A stretch of DNA of 64,000 bases, from assembly GCA_964410125.1 (NCBI GenBank), contig CAYPGQ010000006.1, positions 29,194 through 93,193 on the forward strand, read 5' to 3'. Numbering within the stretch: the stretch's first letter is position 1; each line of letters begins with the position of its first letter. A program made the position numbers and the translations under genes. Below the pieces are notes generated by a model, which worked only from the letters and a program-made list of their open reading frames with translations, had not been told where the DNA came from and ran no database searches. This document shows, one piece after another, positions 28,774-37,698 of this stretch. Source of the stretch: an uncultured Eubacteriales bacterium (lineage in GTDB: Bacteria > Acidobacteriota > Aminicenantia > Aminicenantales > Aminicenantaceae).

Positions 28774-29988
28774 CTATTTTCCGAGAGCGTCAGAAAGAAA
28801 AGAACCTTTGATATGGCTATCTATTTCAGAATCCTCGCAAGTGAATCTTATCCGGTTCCAATAAGTCCCGATTGCTTCTTCTAAGAAATGCCTTACTATC
28901 TTCTGGCCATCCTGGTTACAGATAAGCTTCTTCCTCACCTTGAGCCGAGCAGCATCATCCTTTGAATCTACAGATTCCTGTATCTTTTTTATCGTTGCTC
29001 CTAGCTTCTCATAAATTTCCAAGAGCTGAGGGAAGTATAGAAAAACCCCTTTTCTCCAGGTGATATGGAAACTGTTTAATACAGCTTCGTTTCCTTTTTC
29101 TTTGACAGCGTGCTTGAGTAAGATATTAGCCGTATACAAATCCCTAACCGCGTTCGACATGAAATCAATAACATCGCCATCCAACTGTTTGTAAAGGTTC
29201 TTGAATTCAGAATCTGTGCATTTATAATCTTTCGTAACATCTCCCTTTTCATCGATGCGATGAATTTCTTGATACTTCCAGTTGCCGTAACCACCACGCT
29301 TATCCAAAACCTCCATCTTCCCTTCCTTCTTTAAGATGCGATCCCTTTCCTGTTGCCTCTTCTTCTCTTCCTTCTTACTTTCCTCATTTTCCTGGTCTCT
29401 TTCTCGAAAGCATTTTTCATAAAATGCCTTAACAGCCGCACGAGAGATAGATGTATTTCCTGCCTTGAGTTTCTTTAGAGTTTTCTCAGGGGCATACTCA
29501 TTAATAAGCTTCACTCTGTAAATTGTGTCTGTGGAGAGACCTGCAATAGTAGCAACTTCTTTTAAAGTGTTAATAGGTTTTTCAGATTTCTTAGAAACCT
29601 TTTTTGGATGCCCTTTACCGTATTTTTTCCCTGACTCTCGTTTCTTCTGCTCGGCCCTTTTCTTTATGTAAGGTTCGAGTCTTAAAGCTAAAGTGGCCCG
29701 ATCGTAATTAGTGAGATTCCTTCTAGCGAATTGATTATAGATAATCCAGAGCCTTGCCGCTTCCCGGTTTTTAAGTTCTTTGGTCTTATCTATTACTGGG
29801 TATTTGATGTTGTGCTTTTGGCAAATATTAAACCTGTTATTTCCATCCAGGATACGCCCTTTCCATACGGTGATGGCATCCTTGCATCCTTCATTGAGGA
29901 TGCTTTGTTCCAAATCCTTATACTCTACCTTGGTGAGGGATCGCATAAGAGATTGAAACTCTTTGTCGATTTTGAATTCTTCACTCAT
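28774..29988 (-). CDS. ParB N-terminal (ParB/Srx) domain protein with an HTH and a long unknown C-terminal region
   Basis: The N-terminus has the ParB-like ILDGNNRFNICQKHNI (DGxxR) motif, a mid-protein HTH (LKEVATIAGLSTDTIYRVKLI), a K/E-rich linker and an unassigned C-terminal half of about 190 aa. Confidence 0.7.
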   Translation of the reverse strand: MSEEFKIDKEFQSLMRSLTKVEYKDLEQSILNEGCKDAITVWKGRILDGNNRFNICQKHNIKYPVIDKTKELKNREAARLWIIYNQFARRNLTNYDRATLALRLEPYIKKRAEQKKRESGKKYGKGHPKKVSKKSEKPINTLKEVATIAGLSTDTIYRVKLINEYAPEKTLKKLKAGNTSISRAAVKAFYEKCFRERDQENEESKKEEKKRQQERDRILKKEGKMEVLDKRGGYGNWKYQEIHRIDEKGDVTKDYKCTDSEFKNLYKQLDGDVIDFMSNAVRDLYTANILLKHAVKEKGNEAVLNSFHITWRKGVFLYFPQLLEIYEKLGATIKKIQESVDSKDDAARLKVRKKLICNQDGQKIVRHFLEEAIGTYWNRIRFTCEDSEIDSHIKGSFLSDALGK

Positions 29989-30216
29989 GGTTATACCCCT
30001 TTTCTGTTTATCAGAAAAAAAATAATATATGAAGGTGTGGTGGAATTCAATCCTCTTTAGGGATGATTTAGAGGGTGATTTTGAAAGAGCGTACGTTCAT
30101 CCGTATAAATAGGTTGAGCCAGTATCGTTTGCCGTTTTATGCTACGCTCTATACCAGCTAAGTATGGCATGTGCTAGTATAAGAAGTGGTTGTGAGGTGT
30201 GTGATAGGCTTTTGAA

Positions 30217-30444
30217 CTATATTTTTCTCTCTATCCAGAGACAATGATTACAAGAGTTAAATCCATTCTTTTTGGCTTCGTCTAGGTCAGTGAACATTCT
30301 TATAAAATCGGGGTTGATATTATCAATTCCACAATTAGGTTTTTCTTGTAATAGGTCGTGAACAAGATTAGTGCTCGTGTCGGCACAATATTGCCTTCCA
30401 TAAAAAGGTTTTCCTGGTCGGATTCTACGTACCATTTTCATCAC
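30217..30444 (-). CDS. hypothetical small protein
   Basis: The 75-aa ORF ends with C-x-H-C (SCNHCLW). No family was recognised. Confidence 0.4.
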   Translation of the reverse strand: MMKMVRRIRPGKPFYGRQYCADTSTNLVHDLLQEKPNCGIDNINPDFIRMFTDLDEAKKNGFNSCNHCLWIERKI

Positions 30445-30473
30445 CTCCCGTCTTTTGCCGAAAAAAAAGTTTT

Positions 30474-30926
30474 TTAACGCCCCATTGAATAAGCAGTAGG
30501 TCTCTCAAATAATATATTCGCACCCGCAAAAACAAGAAGAAAGAAAATTCCTAAGAAAAAGAAAACACCACACCACTTTATTTGATTTTTTAATTTCGTT
30601 TTGAGGGATTCAATCTCTTTACCTGTTGGTCTTCCCTCGATTGGAAAATTCCACCCCCACATTTTTTCCATAGAAGTGATGTAACTTTTCATCACTAGCA
30701 ACGAAAAAAACAACGAGACTGAAAAGCATACTAACGACACCAAAATAACTTCTTTCCAAACTGGATTCTCAAAGGCACGTTCCATAAAAGCCACCACAAG
30801 GATAAACGCACCTGTGTTGAGAGTTGTCATATTTTTGAAGTAGTCGTATTGATGTTTAAGAGACTCAAGTTGGACTTTGATAAATTCTATTGTGCGTTTT
30901 TCTTCAGTTGATAATTCTGTGCTCAT
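30474..30926 (-). CDS. hypothetical membrane protein (about 3 TM)
   Basis: Hydrophobic segments include GAFILVVAFM, VILVSLVCFSVSLFFSLLVM and CGVFFFLGIFFLLVFAGANIL. Confidence 0.55.
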   Translation of the reverse strand: MSTELSTEEKRTIEFIKVQLESLKHQYDYFKNMTTLNTGAFILVVAFMERAFENPVWKEVILVSLVCFSVSLFFSLLVMKSYITSMEKMWGWNFPIEGRPTGKEIESLKTKLKNQIKWCGVFFFLGIFFLLVFAGANILFERPTAYSMGR

Positions 30927-31153
30927 CGAGTCCTTCCTTCCTGTGGTTTAGGCAGTTCGGTGACCTTCACAGCTATCGGTAGAGTTCCCTCAAAAGCATC
31001 GAAATTGACATCAAGTATTTTCACACTCATACCCACACTCTGTTGTTCTGATGCCAGTAAGCTGCTACTGCCGACTGCAAAATCCTTCACACAAAGCCAT
31101 ATCAAACACAATGCGATAATGGTTAAAATGATTTTGGTGTACCTGTCGTTCAT
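30923..31153 (-). CDS. hypothetical small membrane-anchored protein
   Basis: It has an N-terminal TM segment (IILTIIALCLIWLCV) and a 4-nt overlap with the downstream gene. Confidence 0.45.
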   Translation of the reverse strand: MNDRYTKIILTIIALCLIWLCVKDFAVGSSSLLASEQQSVGMSVKILDVNFDAFEGTLPIAVKVTELPKPQEGRTR

Positions 31154-31209
31154 ACTGACCTCCTTTTTTTATTTTTATTAGATTCCCTTGAATATTTTTA
31201 TCTAAAATA

Positions 31210-31509
31210 TTAGTCACGACCAACAACTTTTGCTATACCAAACAAAATCATGATAACAATCCACAAACCATAAACAACTGTAATCGGAAACCAATTGCCC
31301 CAAACTGCTAGAGCATAAATTGGAGCTACTGCAAGAACCACAGGAAAGATTATCAAACTAAGAAATGCTGCCACTGGCCCTAACACTTCGTTGACGATTC
31401 GGATGGATATTACTAAGGTAAACAATCCCCCAACCATCATGATTATCATGGCTAATCCATAGATTGCATTTTCAAAAAGACCTCTAATCTTATCTATAAG
31501 TTTTCCCAT
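31210..31509 (-). CDS. hypothetical membrane protein (3 TM)
   Basis: I chose the start at ATG 31509 because an AGGAGG lies 5 nt upstream. Three hydrophobic helices are present. Confidence 0.55.
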   Translation of the reverse strand: MGKLIDKIRGLFENAIYGLAMIIMMVGGLFTLVISIRIVNEVLGPVAAFLSLIIFPVVLAVAPIYALAVWGNWFPITVVYGLWIVIMILFGIAKVVGRD

Positions 31510-31577
31510 GAAGACCTCCTTTCGCTTTGCTGGCAATATTTTAGTAATTGAGGATGAGGGTTGTCAACCTGTGTGGA

Positions 31578-32111
31578 TTACATAAACTGCGGGAATATCT
31601 TTTCATTCATAGTTCTATCCAATCGCTGGTCTTGTAGTTGCTCAAAGTAAACCTGAGCGCTTGCGATATTTTTATGCCTGAGCCAGTTTTGGATGAAGAT
31701 TGCGCTGGAGCCTTCTTTTGCCATTGCCATGGCGCATGAATGGCGTAACGAGTGAATACTATAAGCGTTCGGGATTCCGGCATTCTTGGCGTGCGTCTTA
31801 AACCGGTATTGCATCGCAGTCGTGGTTACTGGAAATAACCGTTTCTTAATTTTGTTCACCTTTACGTATTTTGCAATTTGCTGATAGAGAGCATCGTCTA
31901 AATCGTAGCTCCTCGTTCTACCATTCTTAACGCCGGTTATAATTATTTGCCTACTTTCGAAATTGATGTGCTTTACTGAAATGTTGCAAAGCTCCTGCAC
32001 CCTCAGCGCATATCGGAAACACAGTTTAAACGCTATAATATCTCGCTTGTTTTTACTGCGGACGATGGCTTTGTCTAAATCCTTGATTTGTTGTTGTGTG
32101 AGGTATTTCAT
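31578..32111 (-). CDS. short tyrosine recombinase (catalytic domain only, 177 aa)
   Basis: The catalytic residues appear as ALRVQEL (R), GVKNGRTRS (K), HSLRHS (H-x-x-R) and LRHKNIASAQVY (H...Y). There is no N-terminal core-binding domain. Confidence 0.8.
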   Translation of the reverse strand: MKYLTQQQIKDLDKAIVRSKNKRDIIAFKLCFRYALRVQELCNISVKHINFESRQIIITGVKNGRTRSYDLDDALYQQIAKYVKVNKIKKRLFPVTTTAMQYRFKTHAKNAGIPNAYSIHSLRHSCAMAMAKEGSSAIFIQNWLRHKNIASAQVYFEQLQDQRLDRTMNEKIFPQFM

Positions 32112-32882
32112 TTTAGAGTCTCCTTTAAATTGATTTGTTTATGGCTAGTCGTATACCGATATCTGTGTGTAGGGCGTTGTTCGGTATTGTGTACATATTT
32201 GTATGATCTCGCGCTATTTTGCTCCTGAGCTATATATTTGCATCGGTGTGTTGTGGAAAAGGTTTTTGTTCGAACGTGCCGCATCTTCTTCCCCGAAAAC
32301 AACTTAGCCATGATTTATATTATGATACTTCTACAGAAACGCCAAGGAAAATCTTTTCAGGATTCTATTATTCTATGAACGGATTCTAATCCGCTATATC
32401 ATAGCCGACCTGAAATAGTGCTTCATATTACCCCTCAATTCCAGCCCCATCTGCCAGATATAACACCGGCTTTTCGTTAGTGAAAGAGCCTCCTCCTGGC
32501 TCTGCTTGATATAACCCTCCATGTATTAGGGTGGAGCCCCATACAATCTACCCTTATACAGTCGTAGAGGGAGCCAGACTAATACCTCTTCCCAGATATA
32601 GAACTGTTATTGATTGTCCCAGATATGGGCAAATTGATTCGGTGTGCTTACTCTTCTTTACAGACTCAACCGATTCTTTACGATAGTAGACCGATTATGA
32701 AGGTTACGCCACCCCATATAACGTCGAGCTTTCTCTTTTTTCTTTTCTCTCATTCTATCTCTCATCATAGCCACTGAAGAGCTACTCTTTTACTGGCTAT
32801 TTACAAGATTCCAAATGGATCCTACTTATTCTATATTGAATATTAAATGAATATAAATCTTATACATAATATGACTACCCCT

Positions 32883-33446
32883 TTAATAGGGAGCCCTCTC
32901 CTCTATATCCCCTTTCCAGGTTCTTGGTCCAATTCTCTTTCCTTCCTCAATTCTCTTTTCCCTTATCCTTCTTACCCTCACCTGAAACCTCTTATCGGTC
33001 GTTCTTTCTTTAATGAATTTCTCTAAACTCTTTGCCTCAAATCGAACGCCAAAACCGACTTTCAAATAAGGCAGCTCTCCCTTATATATCCACTTATAAA
33101 AAAAGCTGTCACTTAAATCATATCTCCGCATTGCCACTGGGATATTAATCAGGGATTCTATCACCGGACCTTTCTCCAGCTCTATCTCCCTATACACTGC
33201 GATCATGCATTCCTCTTTAAGCCATTTATTTACTTCTCCGATTCTCCACATCCATTGCTTATACTGGGGACTTGAAAACTCATCCGGTTTTGGCAGGTAT
33301 TTATCTCGATGCCATCTATTCAAAGTCTCTCTTGTGATCCTAAAATATAGACTCAGTTCTCGCATGCTGAGAAGGTGTCCGCTTAACAGAGCTACTCTAA
33401 TCATCTTCCTCTTCTTTATCTCTGTGAAAATAATCAGGGGGCGCAA
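32883..33446 (-). CDS. DNA-binding protein with two excisionase/MerR-like HTH_17 segments (candidate excisionase/RDF)
   Basis: The two segments are MRELSLYFRITRETLNRWHRDKYLPKP and MRRYDLSDSFFYKWIYKGELPYLKVGFGVRF. The start is uncertain; internal ATGs lie at 33404 and 33365. Confidence 0.6.
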   Translation of the reverse strand: MRPLIIFTEIKKRKMIRVALLSGHLLSMRELSLYFRITRETLNRWHRDKYLPKPDEFSSPQYKQWMWRIGEVNKWLKEECMIAVYREIELEKGPVIESLINIPVAMRRYDLSDSFFYKWIYKGELPYLKVGFGVRFEAKSLEKFIKERTTDKRFQVRVRRIREKRIEEGKRIGPRTWKGDIEERAPY

Positions 33447-33594
33447 TTTGCGGATATGGCTTGTTTTGCCAGATCGTGCCGCCTTTTACTATTCTGTTTA
33501 GTTCGGTAAGCCTATCTTCAACACAAAGGATGCAGTCGCCGAGCAAATAGTGTCGATGCTCTAGGTCTTCGTTCTTATCAAATAAAGCCACCAA
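33397..33594 (-). CDS. hypothetical small protein
   Basis: The 65-aa ORF is co-oriented. It overlaps the longest version of the downstream ORF. Confidence 0.3.
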   Translation of the reverse strand: MVALFDKNEDLEHRHYLLGDCILCVEDRLTELNRIVKGGTIWQNKPYPQIAPPDYFHRDKEEEDD

Positions 33595-33776
33595 TTCTGC
33601 CTTTATTTTTCTAACACTTTTATTACTTCTTTCATTCTTAAAACTCCTTCATTTTCTCTCTTCATAGTTTTGGATGAGGGGGCTACGCTTGCAGCCCCCT
33701 CGATTGCTTGGAAACTTAGCACGTAACGCCTCTTGGTAAAACGTTACATTATCTGTAACAAAGACCCATTATCTTA

Positions 33777-33968
33777 TTATGTTTCTGTTACTTCGCCAAC
33801 GATTTGTGCGTTGTAGACGCCCTGTTGAGCCGGAACGACATCCCCGACAGCTCTTTTTATCTTAGCGCGAAAAATCGTCACATTCGCTTCCGAATCAACG
33901 ATGGTTTCCTCGTCCAGTTTGGTGTATTTCACAGTTAACGAATACGTCTTTGTAAAATCTGTAGCCAT
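33777..33968 (-). CDS. hypothetical small protein
   Basis: The 63-aa ORF is co-oriented. No motif was recognised. Confidence 0.4.
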   Translation of the reverse strand: MATDFTKTYSLTVKYTKLDEETIVDSEANVTIFRAKIKRAVGDVVPAQQGVYNAQIVGEVTET

Positions 33969-34026
33969 TTTATTCTCCTCTAATCTCGTTTATGAGCCCC
34001 GTACTCGCAACGCTCATAACTATAAA

Positions 34027-34272
34027 TTAATCTTGGTTATGCGCTTCGGCAACACGAAGAGTTCTGCCACCCACCTCTTTGCCATTTAATCCTGCGATGG
34101 CAGCGTTGGCTTCGGCATCATTTGGCATACTGCAAAACCCGTAACCTCTCGGTTTCCCAGTTTCTCGCCAAGTGCAAACTATAAGGCTTGCGACTTCCCC
34201 GTATTCCTGGAAAAGTGCCTTTAATTCCGCGTCGGTTGTTTCATAGTTTAGATTTCCTATATAGATTTTCAT
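34027..34272 (-). CDS. RRM-type RNA-binding protein
   Basis: RNP-2 (IYIGNL) and RNP-1 (RGYGFCSM) motifs are present, and the protein ends GRTLRVAEA, as in single-RRM bacterial Rbp proteins. Confidence 0.8.
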   Translation of the reverse strand: MKIYIGNLNYETTDAELKALFQEYGEVASLIVCTWRETGKPRGYGFCSMPNDAEANAAIAGLNGKEVGGRTLRVAEAHNQD

Positions 34273-34514
34273 TTTCTTGTTTTTCTCCTAGTTCGTTTTT
34301 CTTTCACGCTTATCGTCCTGGCGCTTGCCATACCCTTTGAAACGTTCAGAACAAGCGATTCTTTTACTTGTTTTTCTAATTCCTGAAAATGCACATTGCT
34401 AGCTGTATTTTGATTGAATCTTATCTCGACCTCAAAAATTTTATTCATTTTACTCCTGTTATAATTATGCTCGATTTGGGTTTTTATTCTGAGACGCATA
34501 GCCGTCTTGGACAT
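34269..34514 (-). CDS. hypothetical small protein
   Basis: The 81-aa ORF has a 4-nt overlap with the RRM gene start. Confidence 0.4.
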   Translation of the reverse strand: MSKTAMRLRIKTQIEHNYNRSKMNKIFEVEIRFNQNTASNVHFQELEKQVKESLVLNVSKGMASARTISVKEKRTRRKTRK

Positions 34515-34809
34515 TCTCGATTAGCAAATTTTCCTCTGGATATCCCGGAAGAATAATTTGGCTTATTTTTGCCTTTGCTTTTCTTAGCATAAGGTCCACA
34601 TCCACAATTTCACTATGCCTTTCTGCTTTCGTAAGCTGAACTAGGGCATAGAGCTTTTGCGGGTGGGCAATTTCTACTCGGGAAACCCATAGTTTAGTAC
34701 CCCTCTCAGACACCATTTTTATTTTCTCAAGATGCTCCACTAAAGACGGCATCGTTTTTTGGATTCCCGTGCGGAGCCAAATTGTTAACCAGCTTTCCCA
34801 AGATGTCAT
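34465..34809 (-). CDS. hypothetical protein, paralog 1 of a tandem pair
   Basis: SWESWLTIWLRTGIQKTMPSLVEHLEKIKMVSERGTKLWVS aligns with the neighbouring ORF. Confidence 0.5.
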   Translation of the reverse strand: MTSWESWLTIWLRTGIQKTMPSLVEHLEKIKMVSERGTKLWVSRVEIAHPQKLYALVQLTKAERHSEIVDVDLMLRKAKAKISQIILPGYPEENLLIENVQDGYASQNKNPNRA

Positions 34810-34835
34810 TTTTTATTCTCCTTTGTTTATAGTTT

Positions 34836-35183
34836 TTATAAATGAATGTGTCCGTCATATATGCGTTTTACGATCGGTTTACCCTCGTGTCTCAACTCCC
34901 CAAACATCCCTCTTAATTTTCGATGGGTCCTTTCGATTAGACCACCGCCAAAACGGTCTTTATTATTTGCCAATTTCCATTTCACGTGAACTTGAATCCC
35001 AACTCCTGTTGCTTCCGAAATCCAACACTTTGTTCCGCTATTGGATTCAAATCGGATAGCGCGAATTTGGTCAAGCAAATCGGGCATACTTTTCTGGAGC
35101 CCCGTTGAAAGCTCAAGTGTATTCCACTCCTCCCAGGAATGATGGGTCCCGTATTGGTCAGCATTCTCTTTTGTCAGTAACAT
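34836..35183 (-). CDS. hypothetical protein, paralog 2 of a tandem pair
   Basis: SWEEWNTLELSTGLQKSMPDLLDQIRAIRFESNSGTKCWIS aligns with 34465-34809. Confidence 0.5.
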   Translation of the reverse strand: MLLTKENADQYGTHHSWEEWNTLELSTGLQKSMPDLLDQIRAIRFESNSGTKCWISEATGVGIQVHVKWKLANNKDRFGGGLIERTHRKLRGMFGELRHEGKPIVKRIYDGHIHL

Positions 35184-35205
35184 TTTTTATCTCCTTAATA
35201 ACTAT

Positions 35206-35898
35206 TTATTCAATAATTCTTTTTCCCCCAGCGATTCTACGCTCCTCAAAAGTGAGTCCATCCTTGACCGCTTCTATAGTTTTCTTTTCTTTTTCCAGTT
35301 TGTAATAGCCCGCAGCCCGTTGCTCCTGGAGCAGTAACACATTCACTTTCGGGTCCTGTTTTTTCTGATCATTATTTCCAGATTCTAAAGCTGAATTCAA
35401 CGACTCAAGCATCGCTGGACCGATATGCATTCCTGAACTTGGCGTATGTACGATATCAGCTGATTTCATATCATAGTTATCCTCGACTATGCCACCAGCA
35501 TTTACTTTTCCAATTCCAACTGTTGATGCACCGCACTTTACCCCTGATTTAATCAGCGTCAATAAATCAGCACCTTTTTGGGTATTTAGGATTCTTGCCT
35601 TAGCTTGAGCTAATCCATCTTTAAAGAAAAATTCCGTAAATACGTGGCTGACTTTATCTAACGCAATTATGCCATCCGGGTTATGCCGAAGCATGCCCGG
35701 CACCGGTCCGAGTTTTAATTTTATATTCATTTTACCCATCTCCCTTTTCAAAAGAGCAGTCGGGTAAGTTCTTTTGTTGTTATTTTCCACCCCGCCTTTA
35801 GCGAGCGGAACCGTTAAGTTTGCCAAAAATAGTTTTTTATCCTTCGCTTCACTTAATTCGATTTTTGATTCAAAAATATCAGTTATTTTAGTTGTCAT
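35206..35898 (-). CDS. putative phage prohead protease/scaffold-like protein
   Basis: The pattern N.N.R.YP..LL...(P.MLRH)...GLAQAKARIL.T.KGADLL.LIKSGV..GASTVGIG resembles HK97/XkdF-type prohead proteases in its His...Ser arrangement. The C-terminus is charged. The assignment is tentative. Confidence 0.4.
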   Translation of the reverse strand: MTTKITDIFESKIELSEAKDKKLFLANLTVPLAKGGVENNNKRTYPTALLKREMGKMNIKLKLGPVPGMLRHNPDGIIALDKVSHVFTEFFFKDGLAQAKARILNTQKGADLLTLIKSGVKCGASTVGIGKVNAGGIVEDNYDMKSADIVHTPSSGMHIGPAMLESLNSALESGNNDQKKQDPKVNVLLLQEQRAAGYYKLEKEKKTIEAVKDGLTFEERRIAGGKRIIE

Positions 35899-36047
35899 AG
35901 TTATCTCCTATTGTGAAAAGAGACGGGACCGGAAGGAGGTTGCCAAACGGCCCCGCCCATGAGATTGAAAATAGACAAGAGATGGGGAATGTTGGAAGGG
36001 ATTCCATCCCCACCAAATGGAAAAATTAAAGACCTTTAAAAACATTG

Positions 36048-36437
36048 TTATTTCTCTCCAAATTTTAAACCGCGTATAAACCCATGAAGAAACGCTTCAT
36101 TATCGGTCGTCCAATTTGCTTCCTCGTCAACGCTTGGAACTATAACCTCCGCGACTTCTAAAGCCAACGTTTGGAATTCCTCATCGGTGCAAGCGTCCAT
36201 CGCCTCCAGCGCTAGCCGTAACGTTTTTTCCTCCCGGATGGCGGTTTGGTGTAAACGCCATAATCCAAGCGCTTCTTTTAACAGCTCGCCCACGTCCGTA
36301 TTCTGTGGCAATTGCTCAAATGCCTTTTCTCGCTCTTCAAACTCTTCAAACGCCTTGCCGTAACGCTCGATAAGATCTTCGAGCACGATATGTAATTGGT
36401 CTTGATTCTTAATTAAACACTTTTCTTCATCTGCCAT
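36048..36437 (-). CDS. hypothetical acidic protein
   Basis: The 129-aa ORF is E/D-rich and helical. No motif was recognised. Confidence 0.45.
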   Translation of the reverse strand: MADEEKCLIKNQDQLHIVLEDLIERYGKAFEEFEEREKAFEQLPQNTDVGELLKEALGLWRLHQTAIREEKTLRLALEAMDACTDEEFQTLALEVAEVIVPSVDEEANWTTDNEAFLHGFIRGLKFGEK

Positions 36438-36481
36438 TGGTTATTCCCTGATATATATAAGCCAGGATTTTTCGAAATCCA

Positions 36482-37372
36482 TTATTTTTCGCGATTTTCA
36501 TGGAAAATATTTTTAATCTTTTTAATCAGCGTTTTTGTCTTTTCAGTGTTTCTCATAACTTCTAATTTATTCCGACTGGGCGCGGCATATCCTCTAATCC
36601 TTTGCGAATCAGGCACCACAATATAGTTTTTATAAAACATTCTCATTTCCCGTATCGCAATTTTGCTTTCTTCTTTGTCCATCTTGTATAGTTTAGCTGC
36701 CTCATTTTTCAGTGCTGTATTTGCCAGATCCTCCCTCGACTCAAACTCAAGCGAGATAAGATTTTGGAAATCTTTTACTGAAAAAATTATAGCTTTAAAG
36801 AAAAGCGTTGACGGGAAACTATAAGCTAGGAACCTAGCCATCAAAGGGTCGCTGGCAAATTTCTTTATCAAATAAGCTTTGAGGTATCGCGGATCAGCAG
36901 AATGCGCTAATGCCTTTTCCAAAGCATCCTGTGAAACTATATCCAAAATGCCATCCTGATTTTTTGTATTCTGACGCTGAATTGTCCCAGCCTTATTCGA
37001 ATCAGCTATTGCACCAAGACCATCCTCACCTTCTATAATTGGTAAATTTCCGATACTTGAAACTATATTTAACCTCGTTTTAAATGTCCTGAGAAGCCAG
37101 TATGCTTTGATATCAAATTTCTTGTATAGTTTTTCGTTCTCCAAAGTTTGTAATGCTACTCGATTTTTCTTTACCCATTTGCCCTGTGAGAATAGCTCGT
37201 CGAAAAGCATCTGCTCGGCATCCACATCCCTATATCGCAATACATACTCGACCTTTCGCCGAATATAGTTTTGGATTTCTTTTAGCTCTGTTTTGTTGAT
37301 CTTTATTTTGCGCTGGTTTAAGATAACTTTGCGGATTGCTGAGATAATCAGTCTAGAGTTGTAGGACGGCAT
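36482..37372 (-). CDS. hypothetical protein
   Basis: The 296-aa ORF is co-oriented. No motif was recognised. Confidence 0.5.
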   Translation of the reverse strand: MPSYNSRLIISAIRKVILNQRKIKINKTELKEIQNYIRRKVEYVLRYRDVDAEQMLFDELFSQGKWVKKNRVALQTLENEKLYKKFDIKAYWLLRTFKTRLNIVSSIGNLPIIEGEDGLGAIADSNKAGTIQRQNTKNQDGILDIVSQDALEKALAHSADPRYLKAYLIKKFASDPLMARFLAYSFPSTLFFKAIIFSVKDFQNLISLEFESREDLANTALKNEAAKLYKMDKEESKIAIREMRMFYKNYIVVPDSQRIRGYAAPSRNKLEVMRNTEKTKTLIKKIKNIFHENREK

Positions 37373-37698
37373 TGTTATTTCCTGGTTATTTACCTATTAG
37401 CGCGGTATAGGAAGCACTTTATCGGTTGCTCCATATATCCTTAACACTGAGACATTTATTTCCTTTTAAAATTGAAGATTAAACCGTTGCCAGTTTACTG
37501 GTAATGGTTTTACACCAGCCGGTTTCCGGATGGTGATAGAGTATCGGCTAATCTCTTATTTTGGATAGCTATCAAAAACACCGCTTCCTTCTCTTTAATT
37601 CTTATTAAAGAGTATTAATACTCTTCTTAATACTATATATATATTTACGTTTATTCTTATATGGTAAGGATATATCTTACTCATGACTAAGATATATC

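Noticed and set aside
32108-32311. A 67-aa minus-strand ORF overlaps the start of the tyrosine recombinase gene.
   Set aside because: It has an odd, highly basic composition rich in T, H, R and Y, no RBS and no motif. I kept it as doubtful rather than calling it a gene.
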